From IMG/VR virus record IMGVR_UViG_2687453522_000004: a stretch of DNA of 37,205 bases, one strand, 5' to 3'. The DNA is from a virus (Duplodnaviria > Heunggongvirae > Uroviricota > Caudoviricetes). Below the pieces are notes generated by a model. That model was given only the letters and a program-made list of their open reading frames with translations, was not told the origin of the DNA and did not search any database. Each line of letters opens with the position of its first letter. Within the stretch, counting starts at the first letter, position 1. The position numbers were made by a program, and so were the translations under genes. Shown here piece by piece: positions 18,938-26,118 of this stretch.

Positions 18938-19218
18938 TACGGTTTCCCCCTGCCCTTAAAGCGACGCTGAATGGCAATCTCAATCACCTGATAACCGGCG
19001 ATACCCAGCATGGAACCGATGCCGCACACCGCAGGCAGTGACAGGTCAGGAAACTGCACCAGAACAACACCGGCAACCATCGAGACAAAACCACCGAGCA
19101 ACATGCGCCCGATAAACAGACGCGGGGTGATGGGTTCACCACCGGCAAGCACCTTGCCGACAACAATCAGCACCCCAATCATGAAAAGCGACAGGACGCT
19201 TTTTTCTTCTGCTGTCAT
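18937..19218 (-). CDS. Y: Holin (gpY-like)
   Basis: 93 aa with transmembrane helices and a charged C-terminus (RRFKGRGKP); directly precedes the endolysin. Confidence 0.88.
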   Translation of the reverse strand: MTAEEKSVLSLFMIGVLIVVGKVLAGGEPITPRLFIGRMLLGGFVSMVAGVVLVQFPDLSLPAVCGIGSMLGIAGYQVIEIAIQRRFKGRGKP

Positions 19219-19221
19219 GCG

Positions 19222-19425
19222 TTACTCCCACAGATTGACAGTTTCAGCCACGGGCGCGGTCTGAACGTCGGGCAGTTCGACGGCGGTGCCGTGTGGCAGC
19301 ACCGCACCCAGTTCAGCCAGTCCCGAATTTGCGGCGAGCACGGTCTCAACCACGCCCTCAGTGCGCCCGTAATACCGGACACAAATGGCGTCGAGCGTGT
19401 CGCCCTGTAGCGCAAAGGTCTTCAT
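19222..19425 (-). CDS. X: Tail protein gpX-like (67 aa; the ORF track extends upstream to 19494)
   Basis: Conserved start MKTFALQGDTLDAICVRYYGRTEG; the ATG overlaps the L stop. Confidence 0.85.
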   Translation of the reverse strand: MKTFALQGDTLDAICVRYYGRTEGVVETVLAANSGLAELGAVLPHGTAVELPDVQTAPVAETVNLWE

Positions 19426-19934
19426 CAGATTTGACTCACGATGCAGCGCGGCTTGTCCTGGATACGCGCCACTGCCCAGCGCATATCCCGCCACAGCTTA
19501 TCAATAGTGCTGTCTATGCTGTCGGCCTTCTTGTCGCCTTTTGCACTGGCATCCACACCGCGATAACGCTCATAAAGCGACGCGGTCGCCATCGCACACA
19601 CGGCGCGCTCGTAGTAAAAAACTTTGATGCTTTCACCGTCGATATCGTCCGCCGGGACGTCCGCCAGACGCGTAAAACCGGCGGCAATTTTCTGTTCACG
19701 GTACTCGTACAGCTCCGCATTCGTTTCAGCCATGCCTGACTTGATGGCCTCACGCAGACGGGCGGGGGCGACGGTCTGCTCAAGGCGCATACGTTCCCGG
19801 ACGCGCTTCGGGTCGATATCGGGAAAAAAGAACGTGTTTTTAATCACCGGCTCGTCGCCTGCCGGTTGCGGGATGACCACCGTACCCTCACCGGACACGG
19901 GAGCCTCCTTTCGCGGAATAATCAGCGTCATCAT
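19425..19934 (-). CDS. L: Capsid completion protein gpL-like (169 aa from MMTLIIPR; the ORF track extends to 19994)
   Basis: Conserved N-terminus; follows M. Confidence 0.85.
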   Translation of the reverse strand: MMTLIIPRKEAPVSGEGTVVIPQPAGDEPVIKNTFFFPDIDPKRVRERMRLEQTVAPARLREAIKSGMAETNAELYEYREQKIAAGFTRLADVPADDIDGESIKVFYYERAVCAMATASLYERYRGVDASAKGDKKADSIDSTIDKLWRDMRWAVARIQDKPRCIVSQI

Positions 19935-20033
19935 GACTACCTCTGAAAAGTCGGGCGGTGGACGCCGGTGCAGTGTCAGGTGATTCACCCTCACTGACCG
20001 GCGTGCCGCCCTGGCGCGGGGCGCATTCGGTTG

Positions 20034-20777
20034 TTAACTGGCTTTCTTTTTCGGGCGTCCACGTTTTGCCGGTGTCACGCTCCGGGTCTTACGCGTGGCA
20101 CGGGTGGCCGCTTTGGGTTGCTGCTCCGGCTTCGGTTTCAGCTCCCGCTCCAGTCGTTCAATCTCTTTTTTGACGCCTGCCTGACAGTCGAGCCGGGTCG
20201 CACGTTGCAGGTGAGCCAGCGCACCGGCGGCATCACCACCGTCACGCAGAAACAGACCGGTGATTTTGTGCAGCTTTGCGCGCACTTCATCAGGCATGTC
20301 AGCCGTGGCGGTCAGTTCAAGGGTCTCCGTCAGCAGGCGGGTATCCACGGATTCACCGGCAGCGTGAGCGCGTATGGCCGCAAGCGCCACCTCCTCGGTG
20401 AACATGTACGGCGGAGTGCGGCGGTGTTTACCCGGCATGGTCAGACCGTACTTCAGGGCATAACGGGCAATCTCCAGCGCACCGGCAATATCGCCGGTAT
20501 CCAGACGCCACAGCATGACCGTCATCAGAATGTCATCCTGTGCACCTTTGCCCTGCTCCAGCACGCCGTTCACCCACGGCAACCAGAACGGCAGCAGTTC
20601 GCGTTTTTTCGCGGCCTTCAGCTCTTTTGAATAAATCGCTTTCAGTGTGCGCTGATCTGCGGCGAGCTTAACCAGCATCTGCTCATAGACAGTTGCATGT
20701 CGCAGCGGGGCGGCTTCCCGCTGCGCGGTCATCGCTGCCGAGACCCGCATCATGTGGCGCTGTGCGGGACTCGTCAT
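20034..20777 (-). CDS. M: Terminase small (endonuclease) subunit gpM-like
   Basis: 247 aa; basic C-terminal tail; follows N. Confidence 0.9.
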   Translation of the reverse strand: MTSPAQRHMMRVSAAMTAQREAAPLRHATVYEQMLVKLAADQRTLKAIYSKELKAAKKRELLPFWLPWVNGVLEQGKGAQDDILMTVMLWRLDTGDIAGALEIARYALKYGLTMPGKHRRTPPYMFTEEVALAAIRAHAAGESVDTRLLTETLELTATADMPDEVRAKLHKITGLFLRDGGDAAGALAHLQRATRLDCQAGVKKEIERLERELKPKPEQQPKAATRATRKTRSVTPAKRGRPKKKAS

Positions 20778-20780
20778 CGG

Positions 20781-21854
20781 TTACGCTCCCGGCTCTGCGG
20801 TCGCCTTAGCCGGTGTGGAGAAATCACCGACCTTAATTTTTTCCACCAGACAACCGGCGGCGTAGTCTTCCACCACGTAATCAATGTTCATTGACTCGTA
20901 GTTCTCCACGCGGTCGAGTTTCGGGTTTTCCACAATCACGCGGCGATGGCTGTCATCCATGTAGTAGATGGACAGGTTTTCCAGCTTCGTGATGAGCATC
21001 GCATCCGCCGGGAAGTACGGGACGCGTACCGCTGGCAGGTTACCGATGCGTTTCTGGCTGATGATGACGTCAGCGGCCAGCATTTCGCTGTTGTCCTGCT
21101 CCTTGTTAACGATGGGGAAATACTTGTCCGCCAGTAACTGACGCCCCACAATCACCACAAGGTCAGGGTCTTCCTGATACCACGGCTCAATCAGGTTGTT
21201 GGTCGCATCCATCACCAGTGCATCAAGGCTGGCATAATCACCGCCCTTACCCACGCGGATAACCTCAGAGGTGGTGCGGCCTTCCTCGTCAGTGACCTTA
21301 CTCATCACGCGCGCCGGGGCTTCATTGCGGTATTTCTGCAGCCAGCCGACCGCCACATCCTGCAGCATCGGGTTACTGCTGCGGTCAGAGGTTTCGGCAC
21401 GCTTCACACCGTTAAAACCGGCCATGATTAAATCAAGAGCCTGACGTTTGATAATGGCGTTACGGACACGGAGCTGGAAATCCTGATAACGCGCCCACAG
21501 GTCAAGCGTTTTGTAGCGGATATAAAAATCGAAGTTAATCTGGTCGCATTCGTACTTGTTTGACGCCAGCTTCGAGAAGTCCTTCGGCTGACGCTCGGTG
21601 CCACCGGCGGTGTCGGTGGTGCTGGCGATGGAGCCGGTGACACCAATACCAATTTTTTCCCCTTTCATTTCGCTGACCGGCACAATGTTGATGCGGGTCA
21701 GAAAGTCAGAGGACTCCTGCATGGTGTTCATCAGGGTCTGGGTGACCGACGGTTCAACGGTGAATTTTTTCGACACATCACCGGCGTCGATGCCGTTCAG
21801 TTCGGCAACACGGGACAGGTAGGCATTAAATTTAAAGCGGGTTTCCTGGCGCAT
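20781..21854 (-). CDS. N: Major capsid protein gpN-like
   Basis: 357 aa; follows O. Confidence 0.92.
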   Translation of the reverse strand: MRQETRFKFNAYLSRVAELNGIDAGDVSKKFTVEPSVTQTLMNTMQESSDFLTRINIVPVSEMKGEKIGIGVTGSIASTTDTAGGTERQPKDFSKLASNKYECDQINFDFYIRYKTLDLWARYQDFQLRVRNAIIKRQALDLIMAGFNGVKRAETSDRSSNPMLQDVAVGWLQKYRNEAPARVMSKVTDEEGRTTSEVIRVGKGGDYASLDALVMDATNNLIEPWYQEDPDLVVIVGRQLLADKYFPIVNKEQDNSEMLAADVIISQKRIGNLPAVRVPYFPADAMLITKLENLSIYYMDDSHRRVIVENPKLDRVENYESMNIDYVVEDYAAGCLVEKIKVGDFSTPAKATAEPGA

Positions 21855-21912
21855 AGTTTTTCCTGAAATTAAGGGTTAATCGTGAAGGTTTTCCCGGACT
21901 GACTGACGCCGG

Positions 21913-22767
21913 TCAGCAGTTCGTCATCAGCGCGTCACCGCCACCGCCGGTGGCCTTGCTGCGGCGCTGCTGGGTCAGACTTTCGGTGTGGTCGAGGCTG
22001 TTTTTCAGGCTGGTGAATGCCTGGCTGGTTTCATCCGCCCTGTCAGTCACCTCCTGCTTAAGAGCGGAAAAGGCAGTTTCCATCTCAGCGAGGCGCTGCT
22101 CAGTGGCGCTCAGTTTTTCCTGCACATGTTCAGCAACAGCGGTCACCGCTTCATGCACGTCATTCAGACGGGCGTCATCGCTGGCCTGTTTGCGGCCAAA
22201 AATAGATTTCACCTTTTCGGTCAGGGCGGTGAACACGGTTTCAGGCAGGTCTTCAAATTCCAGCTCAACAGGCGTTGCCACTGAAATCAGGTTTTCAGGG
22301 CTTAATTTGAAGCGGTTCAGAGGGTTATGTTTTGCCGTGCGGCAGAATTCCAGGTATTCCGTGCCGAGGCTTGCCGGGTCATCGGTGACGGCCAGCCCCA
22401 CCAGATAACATTTGCCGGTGTTGGCAAAGTTCGGCTGAATTTCCATTGAGGTGTAGACCTTCTGCGCGGCCTTGTTCATCGCGATAAGGTCATCGGTCGG
22501 GGTGATTTTCGCAAACAGCGCCCATTTGCCTTTCAGCGCCGAATCGTCGTCAATCTTTTCGGCCTTCAGTTCGGCCACATCGCCATAACGCTTAAAAATA
22601 CCGTCAGGCAGGATGCCGCGCAGATGTTCCAGGTTAATGCGGCAACCATAGACACGCGGGTCAAAGGTTTCGGCCATTTCCTGAATATCCTGCGCACTGA
22701 TGACACGCCCGTCACAGGTGTCACCCTCAACGCCGATACGAAAGAATTTTGAGACTTTTTTTGCCAT
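21913..22767 (-). CDS. O: Capsid scaffolding protein gpO-like (284 aa from MAKKVSKFF; the ORF track extends to 22833)
   Basis: ATG at 22767 preceded by an AGGA Shine-Dalgarno; divergent from P. Confidence 0.9.
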   Translation of the reverse strand: MAKKVSKFFRIGVEGDTCDGRVISAQDIQEMAETFDPRVYGCRINLEHLRGILPDGIFKRYGDVAELKAEKIDDDSALKGKWALFAKITPTDDLIAMNKAAQKVYTSMEIQPNFANTGKCYLVGLAVTDDPASLGTEYLEFCRTAKHNPLNRFKLSPENLISVATPVELEFEDLPETVFTALTEKVKSIFGRKQASDDARLNDVHEAVTAVAEHVQEKLSATEQRLAEMETAFSALKQEVTDRADETSQAFTSLKNSLDHTESLTQQRRSKATGGGGDALMTNC

Positions 22768-22940
22768 TGTCAGGAGTCCTGAATAGTGATTAGAGGAGTC
22801 ACATGTCGGCATCAGTTTCCCGACGATGCGCATCCTCCGCCATCAGTCCCGGATGGCTTATCACTGACACAACAGCACCTTAGCGAATCGCGGGGCGCGA
22901 CTCAGTAGCCTTGCCGTGTATTCATCACGGCGAGGTATTC

Positions 22941-24713
22941 ATGACCATCACCACAGACACCACTCTTTTACACGACCCGCGTCGTCAGGCGGCGCTGCTG
23001 TACTGGCAGGGATTTTCCGTGCCGCAGATTGCCGCCATGTTGCAGATGAAACGCCCGACGGTGCAGAGCTGGAAACAGCGCGACGGCTGGGACAGCGTTG
23101 CCCCCATCAGCCGTGTCGAAATGAGTCTGGAAGCGCGGCTGACCCAGCTCATCATCAAACCGCAGAAAACCGGCGGTGACTTCAAGGAAATTGACCTGCT
23201 GGGACGCCAGATTGAACGACTGGCACGGGTCAACCGTTACAGTCAGACCGGCAACGAGGCAGACCTTAATCCGAACGTCGCTAACCGCAACAAAGGCGGG
23301 CGGCGCAAACCGAAAAAGAATTTTTTCAGTGACGAGGCCATCGAAAAGCTGGAGCAGATTTTCTTTGAGCAGTCTTTCGAATATCAGTTGCACTGGTATC
23401 GCGCCGGGCTTGAGCACCGCATCCGCGATATCCTGAAATCCCGCCAGATTGGCGCGACGTTTTATTTTTCCCGCGAGGCGCTGCTGCGCGCCCTGAAAAC
23501 CGGTCATAACCAGATTTTTCTGTCGGCCAGTAAAACGCAGGCGTATGTGTTCCGCGAATACATCATCGCCTTTGCCCGGCTGGTTGACGTTGACCTGACC
23601 GGTGACCCGATTGTCCTGGGCAATAACGGCGCAAAACTGATTTTTCTCGGCACCAACTCCAACACCGCGCAGAGCCATAACGGCGACCTGTACGTCGACG
23701 AGATTTTCTGGATCCCGAATTTTCAGGTACTGCGTAAGGTGGCATCAGGTATGGCCTCACAGAGTCACCTGCGTTCGACCTATTTCTCCACCCCGTCCAC
23801 GCTGGCGCACGACGCCTACCCGTTCTGGTCGGGTGAACTGTTCAACCGGGGACGCGCCAGCGCCGCCGAACGCGTGGAAATCGACGTCAGTCATAACGCC
23901 CTTGCCGGTGGGCTTCTCTGTGCAGACGGCCAGTGGCGGCAGATTGTCACCATTGAGGACGCGCTGAAAGGCGGCTGCACGCTGTTCGACATTGAGCAGC
24001 TCAAACGTGAAAACAGCGCCGACGATTTTAAAAACCTGTTCATGTGTGAATTTGTTGACGACAAGGCGTCGGTGTTCCCGTTCGAGGAGCTGCAACGCTG
24101 CATGGTCGACACGCTGGAAGAATGGGAAGACTATGCGCCGTTTGCCGCGAATCCGTTCGGCTCCCGCCCGGTATGGATTGGTTACGACCCGTCACACCGT
24201 GGCGACAGCGCCGGATGCGTGGTACTGGCACCGCCGGTGGTGGCCGGTGGCAAATTCAGAATACTTGAGCGTCACCAGTGGAAAGGCATGGACTTTGCCA
24301 CTCAGGCGGAATCCATCCGCAAACTCACCGAAAAATACAACGTCGAATACATCGGTATTGATGCCACCGGCCTCGGTGTCGGCGTGTTCCAGCTCGTGCG
24401 CTCGTTCTATCCCGCCGCGCGCGATATCCGCTACACACCGGAAATGAAAACCGCAATGGTGCTCAAGGCAAAAGACGTCATCCGCCGTGGCTGTCTGGAA
24501 TATGACGTCAGCGCCACCGACATCACCAGCTCGTTTATGGCTATCCGCAAGACCATGACCAGCAGCGGACGCAGCGCCACGTATGAGGCCAGCCGCAGCG
24601 AGGAAGCCAGCCACGCCGACCTCGCCTGGGCGACCATGCACGCCCTGTTAAATGAGCCACTCACCGCCGGTATCAGCACCCCGCTGACATCCACCATTCT
24701 GGAGTTTTACTGA
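22941..24713 (+). CDS. P: Terminase large (ATPase) subunit gpP-like (start MTITTDTTLLHD; the ORF track starts at 22911)
   Basis: About 590 aa; GAGG Shine-Dalgarno before 22941; stop overlaps the Q start. Confidence 0.92.
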   Translation: MTITTDTTLLHDPRRQAALLYWQGFSVPQIAAMLQMKRPTVQSWKQRDGWDSVAPISRVEMSLEARLTQLIIKPQKTGGDFKEIDLLGRQIERLARVNRYSQTGNEADLNPNVANRNKGGRRKPKKNFFSDEAIEKLEQIFFEQSFEYQLHWYRAGLEHRIRDILKSRQIGATFYFSREALLRALKTGHNQIFLSASKTQAYVFREYIIAFARLVDVDLTGDPIVLGNNGAKLIFLGTNSNTAQSHNGDLYVDEIFWIPNFQVLRKVASGMASQSHLRSTYFSTPSTLAHDAYPFWSGELFNRGRASAAERVEIDVSHNALAGGLLCADGQWRQIVTIEDALKGGCTLFDIEQLKRENSADDFKNLFMCEFVDDKASVFPFEELQRCMVDTLEEWEDYAPFAANPFGSRPVWIGYDPSHRGDSAGCVVLAPPVVAGGKFRILERHQWKGMDFATQAESIRKLTEKYNVEYIGIDATGLGVGVFQLVRSFYPAARDIRYTPEMKTAMVLKAKDVIRRGCLEYDVSATDITSSFMAIRKTMTSSGRSATYEASRSEEASHADLAWATMHALLNEPLTAGISTPLTSTILEFY

Positions 24714-25747
24714 TGAGCAAGAAAAAAGGGAAAACACCGCAACCTGCGGCCAAAAAAATGACCGCCAGCGCCCCGAAAATGGAAGCATTCACCTTTGGCG
24801 AGCCGGTACCGGTACTCGACCGCCGTGACATTCTGGATTACGTCGAGTGCATCAGTAACGGCAGATGGTATGAACCACCGGTCAGCTTTACCGGTCTGGC
24901 AAAAAGCCTGCGTGCTGCCGTGCATCACAGCTCACCGATTTACGTCAAACGTAATATTCTGGCCTCAACATTTATCCCGCATCCGTGGCTTTCCCAGCAG
25001 GATTTCAGCCGCTTTGTGCTGGATTTTCTGGTGTTCGGTAATGCGTTTCTGGAAAAGCGTTACAGCACCACCGGTAAGGTCATCAGACTGGAAACCTCAC
25101 CGGCAAAATATACCCGTCGTGGCGTGGAGGAGGATGTTTACTGGTGGGTGCCGTCCTTCAACGAGCCGACACCTTTCACGCCCGGCTCCGTGTTTCACCT
25201 GCTGGAGCCGGATATCAATCAGGAGCTGTACGGCCTGCCAGAATATCTGAGCGCCCTTAACTCTGCCTGGCTGAATGAGTCGGCCACGCTGTTCCGCCGC
25301 AAGTATTACGAAAACGGCGCTCATGCCGGATATATCATGTACGTCACCGATGCCGTGCAGGACCGCAACGATATCGAAATGCTTCGCGAAAACATGGTTA
25401 AGTCGAAAGGCCGCAACAACTTTAAAAATCTGTTTCTCTATGCCCCGCAGGGGAAAGCTGACGGCATTAAAATTATCCCGCTCAGTGAAGTGGCAACGAA
25501 GGACGATTTTTTTAATATCAAAAAAGCCAGCGCCGCTGACCTGCTGGACGCGCACCGCATCCCCTTTCAGTTGATGGGCGGCAAGCCGGAGAACGTCGGG
25601 TCACTGGGAGATATTGAGAAAGTGGCAAAGGTCTTTGTCCGCAATGAGCTTATCCCGCTACAGGACAGGATCCGCGAGATAAACGGCTGGCTCGGTCAGG
25701 AGGTCATCCGCTTTAAAAACTACTCACTGGACACTGACAACGGCTGA
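24713..25747 (+). CDS. Q: Portal protein gpQ-like
   Basis: 344 aa; last gene before cos. Confidence 0.92.
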   Translation: MSKKKGKTPQPAAKKMTASAPKMEAFTFGEPVPVLDRRDILDYVECISNGRWYEPPVSFTGLAKSLRAAVHHSSPIYVKRNILASTFIPHPWLSQQDFSRFVLDFLVFGNAFLEKRYSTTGKVIRLETSPAKYTRRGVEEDVYWWVPSFNEPTPFTPGSVFHLLEPDINQELYGLPEYLSALNSAWLNESATLFRRKYYENGAHAGYIMYVTDAVQDRNDIEMLRENMVKSKGRNNFKNLFLYAPQGKADGIKIIPLSEVATKDDFFNIKKASAADLLDAHRIPFQLMGGKPENVGSLGDIEKVAKVFVRNELIPLQDRIREINGWLGQEVIRFKNYSLDTDNG

Positions 25748-25752
25748 ACATC

Positions 25753-25774
25753 GCCGCCTGCGGGCGGCTTTTTT
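25753..25774 (+). terminator. Rho-independent terminator after Q
   Basis: GCCGCC-TGCG-GGCGGC hairpin followed by TTTTTT, 6 nt after the Q stop. Confidence 0.7.
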
Positions 25775-25916
25775 ACATCCCGTCATCACGCCCTCACACG
25801 CTCACCACCGCACAAAACAGTCCGCAGGCAAACCAACGCCTCAACGGACAGACTAAGCGCCGTCACGACGCGCTGAGACGCTGAAAAAATAAAATCAGCA
25901 CCACCGCCAGCGCGCA

Positions 25917-25935
25917 GTGCTTTCCCCGCCTCGCC
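25917..25935 (-). other. cos site (19-nt cohesive end GGCGAGGCGGGGAAAGCAC on the minus strand)
   Basis: Plus strand GTGCTTTCCCCGCCTCGCC matches the remembered P2 cohesive-end sequence; it lies between the portal gene and the accessory hotspot, as expected. Confidence 0.75.
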
Positions 25936-26030
25936 CGCCCGCTTCATGGGGCGGTTTTGATGCAACCTCGTATTAAAGGGGACACCATAGCCCATCAAAC
26001 CTCAGACTTCGCCCCTAGCTAACGTTTATG

Positions 26031-26060
26031 AATGCAATGTAATGCAACTTAATGCAAGTT
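26031..26060 (+). repeat. Three tandem 10-bp repeats AATGCAA(T/C/G)(G/T)T upstream of the cargo gene
   Basis: AATGCAATGT AATGCAACTT AATGCAAGTT, ending 58 bp before the ATG at 26119. Confidence 0.6.
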
Positions 26061-26118
26061 ATGGTAATGATAATTCTGCGTTAACAATTAAACTAATGTA
26101 CCTGTAAGAGGATAAAAA

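Noticed and set aside
22968-24641. Minus-strand ORFs inside the terminase gene P (22968..23678, 23757..24095, 24192..24641 and others)
   Set aside because: Antisense to a conserved terminase gene; no ribosome-binding sites; Arg/Gly/Ala-rich compositions typical of GC-rich antisense frames.
25786-25998. 70-aa minus-strand ORF spanning the cos site
   Set aside because: It crosses the genome end of the packaged phage, is Gly/Ala/Arg-rich and has no ribosome-binding site; most likely noise.
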